Below, in pieces: positions 1 through 9,898 of a stretch of DNA of 18,515 nucleotides (the stretch's first letter is position 1; each line of letters opens with the position of its first letter). The translations under genes were made by a program, and so were the position numbers. Source of the DNA: Octopus sinensis (lineage: Eukaryota); the NCBI RefSeq assembly GCF_006345805.1, contig NW_021824484.1:1-18515 (forward strand). Direction: 5' to 3'. The notes under the pieces were generated by a model, which ran no database searches, was not told the origin of the DNA, and saw only the letters and a program-made list of their open reading frames with translations.

Positions 1-601
1 TAATAGGAGAGGAGAAAGAGAAGGACGTATGACATGTACACACACACACAAACGCACACATACAGACAGGCGCGAACACACATACGCGCGCGAACACACG
101 CACGCCAGCGCACAATCACACACACACACATATATATATTATGCGCAAAGAAGAAAGAAAGAAAGAGAGAGAAAGAGAGAGAGAGCGTGCTACAACAGTA
201 TAAAACACATATTATTTTAGTTTTCCCTCTGCATTTTACAAATTTCGGTGTTTATCTTGTATCAGGAATCGTATTCCCCAAACACCGACAGCAACCGAAG
301 AATATGCCACACCAGCCCTAATGAAACGAATACCAATTCCTTTAAACAAGCACCAAAGCACACACATTCTTAGATGAAGTGTAGAGTTAGTTTTAAATAA
401 AGTTAGTTGAAGATTGAGACATATTTGTGGGACCCATGGTATTTTGTTAAGGAAAGCTTTTTAAGGGATCACAAGTGGAGAAAACAAGTCGTTTGATCTT
501 GTTTCTGCTTCTCCACAATCATTAACAGACCAGATATTAGACATGAAGAAAGTAGAGAATACATATTGAATAACAGAAAATCTGGAGAAACATACGCTTT
601 A

Positions 602-700
<99 letters not shown>

Positions 701-739
701 ATTCTATCTATCTATATATCTATCTATATATCTATATCT
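602..739. repeat. (TATC)n microsatellite
   Basis: Direct tandem TATC run, degenerating to TATA/TATC at the 3' end. Confidence 0.97.
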
Positions 740-748
740 CAGTACATA

Positions 749-1285
749 CAGGGTGTTCAAAAAGTCTCTCCGCAGTAAATTTTTTCATCCTGCGCATGCG
801 CAACTTGGCTATCACTGCGTGGGCGGCCGGATGTCAGCCATTGTCCCTCAGCCATTGTGTATCCTTCAGCGTGTCGACATGCGATGCGAACCATTGAAGA
901 TCGCACATACTTCGCGCATTACCATGGCGCTACTTCAAAAGTTTTTCGGTGAACGGATTATTTCGAAGGGTCTTTGGCCACCAAGAGCCCCTGATTTAGT
1001 ACCGCCAGACTGTTTTTTTCTGGGGAGCAAATAAAGGATCAATGTGCAAGAATCACCAGAAAGCCATTAATGAGCTAAAAGACGCCTCAGACTCTCCAAG
1101 ATGTATTTCAAAACCTGTGTAGAAGAGTTAGTATTAAAAATGGAGGCCGACACTTTCAACACCTCTTAAAAAGTTTTCTTAAAGTCTTGTAAAGACTAAT
1201 ACATTCTTTTATAGTCTTATACCATCTTATAAATATTTATTTTGCAATAAAATACTCACTTCGGAGAGACTTTTTGAACACAGTG
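749..1285 (+). mobile_element. Internally deleted Tc1/mariner-superfamily DNA transposon (537 bp)
   Basis: 28-bp TIRs: CAGGGTGTTCAAAAAGTCTCTCCGCAGT (749-776) vs ACTTCGGAGAGACTTTTTGAACACAGTG (1258-1285), 3 mismatches. TA flanks both ends (747-748, 1286-1287). Internal peptide AHTSRITMALLQKFFGERIISKGLWPPRAPDLVPPDCFF matches the WPPRSPDLxPxDFFLWG motif around the last catalytic Asp. Confidence 0.93.
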
Positions 1286-1294
1286 TATGTACGT

Positions 1295-1432
1295 GAGTGT
1301 ATAGCTGTGTGATTAAAGGGGACACCTCGTTTGGTGCTTAGTCCTACTGTGCGAAAACCATGAACAAGTATTTTGTATCAAGCCAAGCTTAGAAGATTTA
1401 GTAGACGGAAATTGTACGGAAGCATGCTGTAT
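1295..1432 (+). mobile_element. Old, degenerate 5' half of SINE family C (see 17622-18018)
   Basis: GATTTAGTAGACGGAAATTGTACGGAAGCATGCTGTATAT resembles GATTTGGTAGACGGAAACTGAAAGAAGCCTGTCGTATAT of the full copy, and likewise runs into a TA/TG microsatellite. Confidence 0.55.
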
Positions 1433-1450
1433 ATGTATGTATATATATAT

Positions 1451-1486
<36 letters not shown>

Positions 1487-1487
1487 C

Positions 1488-1523
<36 letters not shown>

Positions 1524-1545
1524 GGTGTGTGTGTAAATATAAAGG

Positions 1546-1576
<31 letters not shown>

Positions 1577-1841
1577 AATAATGATGCAAATAACACGCTT
1601 GGGTTGATATATAAAATATACATAGAAATATACACGGATATACTTTTAAGGGATACAGGCACATATACACATACACAAGTACATATATATACATACATTT
1701 ATATGTATATATATACATACATACACACATTCATAAACACACACACACACACAACACACATATATACATATTTATATATCTATATATACACACTTCCACA
1801 CACAAATACATATATACATATCTGTATATCTCTATATGTCT

Positions 1842-1876
<35 letters not shown>

Positions 1877-2037
1877 CACATACATACATTCATACATGCA
1901 TACATACACACACACACACGCATACCACCACACACTATATATATAATTTTTATGTAAACATAACATTTAATCTGTTATGTAAATTTGTTATGTAAACAAT
2001 ATATATACATATATAGATAGACACATACATACATACA

Positions 2038-2072
<35 letters not shown>

Positions 2073-2095
2073 GTACATAATATATATATATATTA
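1433..2095. repeat. Compound TA/TG/GA/CA/CATA microsatellite field
   Basis: Direct inspection; explains the YIYI/HTHT ORFs. Confidence 0.92.
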
Positions 2096-2160
2096 TGTTT
2101 ATATAACAAATTTAGATCACAAAAATACAAAAAAATACTGAAAACTAAGAGGGGAGGGCA

Positions 2161-3640
2161 TACCACCCACCTATCCTTTTTAAGAACATTGTGAATGGTG
2201 TCCGAAAAAGGATTTCGAATATGTCCTCCATTAGAAAACTTTTCGACGTCGCGCCTCCCTATTTGGAATCCAGTCGGTTTAAGGACCGCATCTATATGCC
2301 TGGCCCCAAAACTCACAGAATAAGTGCTACCATAAAGACGTTTGATTTGCCCCATCCTTCGCATTCAATGTCAAGATTTGCGTGGGATGGATATTCCCTA
2401 GATTAGTGAACAAACACTTCACAGAGTCACATAGATACGGTCTTTGTTTAAGAGACACCACTTAGGGGTCTCTTTCATGTGTGCGCCCAGCATTGAAAAA
2501 TATCAGTGAGCGATCCTAAACCACGCACAGATGCAGGATGCTCATCCAGGGTTAACAATGAGTACGCAGCAGATACGATGGTTGCTGCAACTCAGAGGGT
2601 GCAGTGTACGAGACTGAGTGAGTGACAGGTACTGGTAAGTGCAGCGTCGACTTTAGCAGCAACAATAGCAACGACGCCATCAACTCAGTCGCCGATGGCA
2701 ACAGCGGTGATAGCAATCGTAACGATGGTGGAAATTACACCAGCAACGTGTCAAGCGGCGGCGGCGGGATCAATAGCAACAGAAGTTACAGCAACAACAG
2801 CACCAGCAGTGGAGGCGCAATGGCCCAGTGGTTAGGGCAGCGGACTCGCGGTCAGAGGATCGTGGTTTCAATTCCCAGACTTGTGTGTGTTTATTGAGCG
2901 AAACACCTAAAGCTCCACGAGGCTCCGGCAGGAGCTGGTGGAGACCCCTGTTGTACTCTTTCACCACAACTTTCTCTCACTCTTTCTTCCTGTTTCTTGT
3001 CCCCGATTTCCTACGCAACCGCTGAGCCTGGATGCGCATTCATCCATCCGTCGATGCTCTCGGTGTTGGGGGTTGAACTGCTTTCTCTTCTGCGGGTCTT
3101 ACGTATAGCAAAGGACCACGTTTCGGACTTCTCAGAAGACCGCTTCGCTCAACAAACAAACAAACAAGCACCAGCAGCAACACCAATGGCAGCAGCAATC
3201 CCAGCTGTGGCAGCAGTAGCAGAACCAGCGGAGGCAGCAGCACTGACAATGTTTCCCGTATTGACAACAGTAATAGCAGCTGTGTTACCATGAGCACAAG
3301 GGTACAGGCACGGAAATATGTCGGTTCTTCAGGATTTTCCGTTCAAGTATCGTCTTAGCAATTACAGGTCCCCCTTTACAATGTCAGAGATGCACAACAC
3401 TAGGTCCCAGGCCAGCTACGTATGGCATTTCAAAGAGGAAAGGAGCCATACAAAATTGAATGAAATCTCCTAGAACAACTGAAGCCGTACTTCAGCGGGT
3501 GCAAACGATGTAAGCTTTGCTTGGGTGAAAGAACAAGAATCCTGAAAATTTCACTGGACTTGGTAACCTATTTAAACTCTAAAAAAGAGATGTTTTGTCA
3601 GTGCCCACATCAGAGGAAATTCCTGTTACGAACACAGAAT
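2161..3640 (+). mobile_element. Decayed Penelope-like element 1: RT C-terminal region, low-complexity linker and GIY-YIG endonuclease, interrupted by a SINE
   Basis: Manual translation across stops and frameshifts. 2161-2505: YHPPILFKNIVNGVRKRISNMSS..LFDVAPPY, then V*FAPSFAFNVKICVGWIFPRLVNKHF..SLFKRHHLGVSFMCAPSI (cf. the PLE pattern HPP..I..RLS / WFNPPF..NV..IG..F..L.DKHF / SYSCMPN). 3310-3635: KYVGSSGFPFKYRLSNYRSPF..ASYVWHFKE..KPYFSGCKRCKLCLGE..LNSKKEMFCQCPHQRKFLL. Confidence 0.82.
2809..3166 (+). mobile_element. tRNA-derived SINE family B, tail type 1 (resembles the octopus OR1/OR2-type SINEs)
   Basis: tRNA-like head with A box TGGCCCAGTGG and B-box-like GGTTTCAATTCCC; (CAAA)n tail; TSD AGCACCAGCA at 2799-2808 and 3167-3176. 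Confidence 0.9.
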
Positions 3641-4366
3641 TTTTCATTTGTCGAGTAGAGAAATGTTAACACCTTCACACGCTATTGTGTCCACGACTGA
3701 AGCCGATCTAAGGGAGATGACTCCACCCGGATAAAGATTTTAGCTGTAGAGAATCTTTTCCGAATCTTTACTTACAAAATTAATTGATCATGACGTTTTC
3801 CTCCCGCCAGTTGTAAAAAGGTTAACACACACACACACATACATTTGTCTCTCTTGCACACACACACACATGTATATATATATTTATATACATACGTGTT
3901 TATATAAACACGTGTACTCAAGTGCACTGTTGCACAATTAGGGAGAGAGAGCGGGAAGGGAGCAAATATGAACAGAATGTCAAGAATGGAAACCACATCC
4001 CTGAGTTCACTCGGTTAAACATAATTCCACTCTGTTGCCTTCATCACATGCATTTACATATTTAATTAAATTTTTACTTCTCATTCCTTTCTCTCTCTCT
4101 CTCTCTTTCTTTCTTTTTCTCTTAATTCATTAGGAAAATAAACTAACCCTGTGTTGTGTCATCGGTTTATGGAAGAAAGGATTAGAGGAAATAAACAAAC
4201 AAACACACCAACAAACAGGAAGTGATCAGTTCAGTTAATTTCCTGTTTACATGCAAGTGCGACCAGGAATGTCTTCTACGATGTGAAACAAAAACAAAAA
4301 GAAGCACATAAAATAAAAGGAGAAAAAATGACTACCCACAAGCAAAAAAAAAGCAATGTTGTTGTT

Positions 4367-4750
4367 AAGGAGGTGAATTTGTAGAAACGTTAGCAAGCCG
4401 GGTAAAAAAGGCTTAGCAGCATTTAGTCCGTTTTTACATTCAGAGATCAAATTCCGCCGAGGTCGACTTTGCCTTTCATCCTTTCAGGGTCGATTAAATA
4501 AGTACCAGTTACGCACTGGGGTCGAAATAATCGACTTAATGCGTTTGTCTGTCCTTGTTTGTCCTCTCTGCGTTTAGCCCCTTGTGGGTAGTAAAGAAAT
4601 AGGTATTTCGTCTGCCGTTACGTTCTGAGTTCAAATTCCGCCGAGGTCGACCTTGCTTTTTATCCGTTTGGGTTCAATAAACAAAGCACCAATTGACCAC
4701 TGAAGTCGACTTGTCCCTTCCCTGAAAGTTGCTGGCCTTGTGCCCAAACT
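4367..4750 (+). mobile_element. SINE family A, dimeric form (core repeated twice)
   Basis: Core TCAAATTCCGCCGAGGTCGAC(T/C)TTGC..ATCC..GGGTC..TAAA occurs twice; homologous to five other copies in the window; possible TSD TTGTTGTT (4359-4366 / 4753-4760). Confidence 0.88.
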
Positions 4751-4846
4751 TCTTGTTGTTTGTGGTGCAGTTAAGTGCTGTTGAGTTGCTGAATCTTTCA
4801 ACCGGAAGGAGAAATCTTTTGTTATGTTTCTTCAGTCGTTTATGTT

Positions 4847-5049
4847 CTAAACACAGAGAGGACAAACAAGGACAGACAAACGGATTAAGTCGATTATATC
4901 GACCCCAGTGCGTAAATGGTACTTATTTATCGATCCCGAAACGATGAAAGGCAAAGTCGACCTCGGCGGAATTTGAACTCGGAACGTAACGGCAGGGGAA
5001 ATACGATTACGCATTTCGCCCGCTAACGTTTCTGCCCGCTCGCCGCCCT
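4847..5049 (-). mobile_element. SINE family A, head plus first core, 3'-truncated
   Basis: Reverse-complement match to 4367-4580. Confidence 0.9.
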
Positions 5050-5383
5050 CTGGCTGCGATAATAATAATGTAAATATTGTTAGGTTATTTTCTCCCATCC
5101 TCTCCTTATTCCTGAACATTTTACAAATATTCTTCCATAAGAGCCAACTTATTGTTTTTGATATAAAAGTGTATTTTTCGAATCCTATGAATAATAAAGA
5201 TAACAAAATTTATGAAAATCAGAGCCGGTTGTGTTTTAACAGATTATGACAGACAGGTCTGTGTGAGGGGGATGTCGACAAACATCGAAACACCGTAGGC
5301 ATAATGCTCCAAATGTTATGAAAACGATAACAACAAATACATTTTAACGCTGCCATTATTGTCTTTGAAAAGGGCACGAGAGG

Positions 5384-5575
5384 AAGGCAGAGTTTTAACA
5401 GATTAAACTGCCTCGCGGTATTTAGTTACGTTCGCATACATTGTCAGTTCAAATCCCACCAAGGTCAACTTAGACTTTTATCGTTTTAGGGTCAATGAAA
5501 TAAAGTAGAGATCAAATGCATACGACAAAGTTCTTCGTTCAAAAATAACAGGTCCTGAGTCAAAAAATTTAAAAC
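5384..5575 (+). mobile_element. SINE family A, old degenerate copy
   Basis: AGTTCAAATCCCACCAAGGTCAACTTAGACTTTTATCGTTTTAGGGTCAATGAAATAAAGTA is a diverged core; boundaries are approximate. Confidence 0.7.
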
Positions 5576-5580
5576 CATTA

Positions 5581-5982
5581 TTCTTTTCTACTCTAGACAC
5601 AAGGCCCGAATTCTTTTTTTGGGGGGGAGCAGTCGATTAATTCGACCTCAGTATGCAACTGGTACTTAATTTATCGACTCCGAAAGGATGAAAGGCAAAG
5701 TCGACCTCGGCGGAATTTGAACTCAGAACGTAAAGACAAACGAAATACCTATTTCTTTACTACCCACAAGGAGCTAAAAACAGAGGGGACAAACAAGGAC
5801 AGGCAATCGAATTAAATCGATTACATCGACCTCAGTGCGTAACTGGTACTTAATTTATCGACCCCGATAGGATGAAAGGCAAAGTCGACCTCAGCGGAAT
5901 TTCAACTCAGAACGTAAAGTCAGACGAAATACCGCTAAGCATTTCGCCCGGCGTGCTGACGTTTCGGCCAGATCGCCGCCTT
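5581..5982 (-). mobile_element. SINE family A, full dimeric form
   Basis: Two cores (AAAGGCAAAGTCGACCTC(G/A)GCGGAATTT) separated by the same spacer as in 4367-4750; head ends ..TCGCCGCCTT; tail TTCTTTTCTACTCTAGACACAAGGCCCG. Confidence 0.92.
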
Positions 5983-6300
5983 CACCAATCAAATAGTGGG
6001 GCAGTTTACTAATGGCTGTGTCATCTCTGTAATATTTAGTATGTGGCTGTGTTAGAAATAACTAATGCTGCAATCTATCGAGGAGACATATATAGAGGCA
6101 TTCCATCCATGCCCCACACAACACAGTGCTTTCTCGTTTTCTAAAATAGAGGGATGTTTCTTTGTGCTCTTGTGGCTTTGTAGTATTTGAGTGTCTGCTT
6201 GACTGTGCCTTTCGATCTCAGTGCTACTGTGTGTAGGTGTGTGTGTGTGCGTGTGTGTGTACCTAGAGTGCATTTTCTTTGTTTCTTTTACTTTTTCCCT

Positions 6301-6354
6301 ATAATAATAATAATAATAATAATATAATATTATAATAATAATATAATAATATTA

Positions 6355-6405
<51 letters not shown>

Positions 6406-6422
6406 TAATAATAATAATAATG
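6301..6422. repeat. (AAT)n microsatellite
   Basis: Direct tandem run. Confidence 0.97.
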
Positions 6423-6632
6423 AGTATTGTTGATGTTATATACTCCAAGAAACTTGTATGGTTAAGGGATTATATTCAGAATTATCCAACGGAGCATATC
6501 TCTAAATACTTATCTCATGTGAATATTATTGGATTTATATATTAATTGTCGAATAGCCTATTTTGAATATCTAACTGAGTGCAAACCGGTAAACGCTTGT
6601 AGGTCCCAAGAAGAAAAATATACACACTCAAA

Positions 6633-6666
<34 letters not shown>

Positions 6667-7043
6667 ATATAACAATATTGACCATGGTTACCGTGGTCTT
6701 TTTCGTAGGCTTTTCTTCCCACGGATAAACCTTACTTGCTTTCCCCTTTACACCATACACGATCCCTATTGATCGTTTTTTTTCCTCTTCCCCTTTTTTC
6801 CCCTTTTTTCTTTTTTCATTTCTCTTTTCTTTTGTTCCTTTTCCTTTTCTTCTTTTTTTATTTTTATTTTTTTTATTATTTTTTTTTTTGTTCTTTTCTT
6901 CCCTTTTACGATCCCTCTTGATCGAAAACCTACGCCACCCCCTTTTTTTCTTTTGTTTTTTGTTTTTTTCATCCCCCAAAAGAAAAGCTCTACCTTGTAA
7001 CTTGTCCCATCTGTGTGCAGCCCTGTGTGGCCAATAAAGAAAC
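6667..7043 (+). mobile_element. Probable 5'-truncated LINE 3' UTR (L1/Tx1-like) lying inside a (TATC)n tract
   Basis: T-rich non-coding segment ending CAGCCCTGTGTGGCCAATAAAGAAAC (polyA signal at the terminus); TATC runs on both sides (6633-6665, 7045-7192); duplicated hairpin ACGATCCCT(A/C)TTGATCG at 6759-6775 and 6908-6924. No coding sequence, so the clade is an inference. Confidence 0.6.
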
Positions 7044-7044
<1 letters not shown>

Positions 7045-7077
<33 letters not shown>

Positions 7078-7082
7078 GTCGC

Positions 7083-7144
<62 letters not shown>

Positions 7145-7192
7145 AATCCATCCATCGATATTTCTAACAATCTATCTATCTATCTATCTATC
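7045..7192. repeat. (TATC)n microsatellite
   Basis: Direct tandem run with interruptions. Confidence 0.95.
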
Positions 7193-7803
7193 TTCTGTTA
7201 ATTGTCAAATTCTTCTTTTCATGTCTACATATATTTGAGTCTGTCTGTAAGTAAATCTGTATGTTTCTATTATATTTAAGTACATAGAAGAATGCATTAT
7301 GTATGTACCCGAGTATGTCTACATGCATATCATCTTGATGGGTGTTAGGGCATCAGACAGCTTGGTAAATGTTAGCACATGTGTTACAAGTCAAGAATAT
7401 TGCTGTTGACATATAATTTCTGACAAACATGTTAGACATTTCTCATCTGCAAGAATCAACAGGATGTTTTTACAGTGTTTCCCTCGGCCGTTGTTTGTGT
7501 TGTTGCTGTTAGTCTTTTTTCTTGTTGCTTCGGCTTTAAATGCTGGTGTTCTAGTTGTTGTTGCTGTTGTCACTATTCGTTCCCGCTGTTTTATTTTGCA
7601 TTTCATTTTCATTGAATTAACGCCATATATAAACAATATAAACAAATAAACAAATTTTGACAAATATTTATATTAAAAAAAAATACGAATATTTTTTTCA
7701 AATTTATTTTTCTTTGCTTTCACGCAATGATACGTTTTGTTCAAAATATTTTTTCTCTTTTTTTCCTCTCCATATTTTTTGTCCTTAATTCTTTCTATCA
7801 CAG

Positions 7804-7812
7804 AACAGCTTG
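7804..7812 (+). other. Candidate 9-nt microexon AACAGCTTG of an unidentified host gene
   Basis: Long polypyrimidine tract, branch-like CCTTAAT (7783-7789), acceptor CAG (7801-7803), perfect donor G|GTAAGT (7813-7818), no AG dinucleotide in 7555-7801, length a multiple of 3, located in non-repeat sequence. Confidence 0.62.
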
Positions 7813-7914
7813 GTAAGTCTTAGAATTAGAATTGTAAAAAGTAAAATAACAACAACAACAATAACAACAAATTAAACCTTTAATCTTGGTGCCATTGTCT
7901 TGGTAGATTTATCG

Positions 7915-8146
7915 CAGTGGATTTGGAAGTAACGTTAGTCTCGGGAAGAAACATGAACACGGAGGACGAGATTCTTAGGAGAATTTGGTCTGGTTCTTTA
8001 TCCTGCGAGTTCAAATCCAGCTGGGGTCTACTTTGCTTCTCGTTCTTTCGGGGTCGGTGAAATAAGAACCAGTTGAACACGGAGGTTGATGTAATCGATT
8101 TACTCCCCACCCCTACCCAGTTCCAAGTTTCTTGTCTAATGGAGAA
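7915..8146 (+). mobile_element. SINE family A, old degenerate copy
   Basis: GAGTTCAAATCCAGCTGGGGTCTACTTTGCTTCTCGTTCTTTCGGGGTCGGTGAAATAAGAACCAGTTG..GATGTAATCGATTT matches the family A core; boundaries are approximate. Confidence 0.75.
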
Positions 8147-8955
8147 ATAATTATTTACCACCTGAATGTCGTACCTTGCCCCAGTTCCCGCCTGACAAGA
8201 CTGGAACACTTTCCGCTAGAAGCGACGCCTTCCATTTTTCAGGGGCTCCATCTGCTGGCTACACTCGCTGAGTGGAGGAGGGAGCAGGCTGTGGATAATG
8301 ATGTTGAGATAAATGCTGAGGCTACGGCATTTCCAGCATTTCCTTGACAGGGAGCAGGGGCCGTCGCTGTTTGTCTCCTTGACTGAGCTACACTCCTGAT
8401 TCAAGCGTAGACCGAGTCAGAACACCCAATAAATGAAGTGCCTTCAGACGCTCACAGCCCTTTGCCTGTTGGGCGAGGTGTTCGGTAGGAGTTCCATTAT
8501 GGCGGGCTATACAAGTTTAGCTGCGGGAAAGAGTGACGACGTTCTCGGAGAGACTCAGAAGGTCGATGGGAATCAACTTGCTAGTCTGTTCCGAAGAAAT
8601 TTTGGACCGGGGCCTATATATAGTTTCCAGAAGTCTTTGGCCTGATAGTGAAAACGAGGGACATAGCCGGTTCGAGATGAACTCTGCAGGCATAGAAATA
8701 CCGTTAACTGAGATGCGCGCAGAGCATCGAAACTGTTCTGTTCGCACTTGGCCAGTGGCCAAGCATTGCTGGCTTATGGGTTTATGCCGAACATCTACAG
8801 TCATGTGTAGGACAGATCCGGCTATACGCTTAGTCTAGTGTAAACATCCTCATGCAACCTTTCTTGGCTGCTAAAGACGGACAGGGTCCGGTGACCTTAG
8901 CGAAAGTGGTTGTGTGGTGGGTCAGATTGAATGGGATGAAGTCAGACCCCGTCAT
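8147..8955 (+). mobile_element. Decayed L1/Tx1-clade LINE ORF2 C-terminal fragment (post-RT region plus zf-RVT-like domain)
   Basis: Translation across lesions: IIYHLNVVPCPSSRLTRLE; LFRRNFGPGPIYSFQKSLA*; PVRDELCRH; RCAQSIETVLFALGQWPSIAGLWVYAEHL; LAKVVVWWVRLNG. This fits the W..LP.RD.L..CPRC...ET..H....C......W..A..IW..R pattern of L1-clade ORF2. Confidence 0.78.
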
Positions 8956-9435
8956 CTTCGTGGTGGAATTCTAGGATCTGAGCAGAACGTGCAAAATTTT
9001 GGCTACGCATGATTTGTACCTCTTTGATCCCTTTACATATGGGGTAGATTTCATCACGATACTCCACTTGATTGTACGTGGTGTGCAGTCAATCTTCAGA
9101 TATTGCACATGACAGACCAACTTAGTGGCTTTATTTTGGGCGATCCGAAATGTAGGGCAAATGCAAGCCCATGAACAAATATTCTGTTCTACTCTAGGCA
9201 CAAGGCGAGAAATGTTGAGGGAGGGGACCAGTTGATTAGATCGACCCCAGTGCGTAACTGGTACTTAATTTATCGACCGCGAAAGGATGAAAGGCAAAGT
9301 CGACCTCGGCGGAATTTGAACTCAGAACGTAAAGATAGACGAAATATCGCTAAACATTTCGCCCGGATTGCCAACGTTTTTGCCAGCTCGCTGCCTTCCC
9401 ATGAACAAATATTGTCGAACTGGAGGACACCACCC
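8956..9435 (-). mobile_element. Penelope-like element 2: GIY-YIG endonuclease C-terminal fragment, interrupted by a SINE
   Basis: ORF 8971-9201(-) contains TFRIAQNKATKLVCHVQYLK..TIKWSIVMKSTPYVKGSKRYKSCVAKILHVL, homologous to the endonuclease tail at 3400-3560 (S.YVW.LK..I.W.I....PY..G.KRC.LC). Confidence 0.72.
9184..9397 (-). mobile_element. SINE family A, full monomer with a perfect 16-bp TSD
   Basis: CCCATGAACAAATATT at 9168-9183 and 9398-9413; single core, intact head and tail. Confidence 0.95.
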
Positions 9436-9464
9436 TGAATCTAATTTTTTTGCTAGAAAGATAG

Positions 9465-9596
9465 ATAATTATACATACATAGATACTTACACACACATGT
9501 ACATAATATATATATATATGTACGCATATATTAATCAATATTTATATACGTGCACATATCGATATACATTCATATGCACCACGCATATACTGTATA

Positions 9597-9647
<51 letters not shown>

Positions 9648-9808
9648 TATATATATATTACATATATATATATATGTTTATATATATATGTATATATATA
9701 TATCTATATCTATATATATACAAATATATATATATATATATATATATTAACACACACATATATATATATATGTTTATATATATATGTATATATATCTATA
9801 TCTATTAT
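9465..9808. repeat. (TA)n-rich microsatellite abutting the 3' end of PLE 3
   Basis: Direct inspection. Confidence 0.93.
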
Positions 9809-9898
9809 CTAAGTAAGGAAAAATTTTTTTTAAATGCAGAATGCTCAAATGAAAGAAATTTTAATAAAATGAGAAATTGATAAAATATAATGTATATT

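Noticed and set aside
420-490. Possible decayed hAT-type MITE end (GGGACCCATGG..AAGGGATCACAAGTGGAGAAAA)
   Set aside because: No matching second terminus or TSD could be found.
2809-2880. tRNA gene
   Set aside because: It is a SINE head: it continues into a repeat body with a tail and TSD, and no complete acceptor stem is evident.
3692-3748. Hammerhead-like trace downstream of the PLE 1 endonuclease (CUGAAGC..GAUC..GGAU)
   Set aside because: The position fits, but A9 and the GAAA element are missing and stem I cannot be formed convincingly.
5257-5300. GAUGU/ACAUC stem followed by GAAACACCGUA, resembling a hammerhead 3' half
   Set aside because: No CUGANGA or compensated equivalent in register.
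6656-6979. Lys/Arg-rich minus-strand ORFs
   Set aside because: Translation artefact of a T-rich UTR-like tract.
2342-8645. In-frame TGA at expected Trp positions in the PLE and LINE remnants, suggesting recoding or selenocysteine
   Set aside because: TGG-to-TGA is a single transition, the elements also carry frameshifts, and the positions are Trp rather than Cys.
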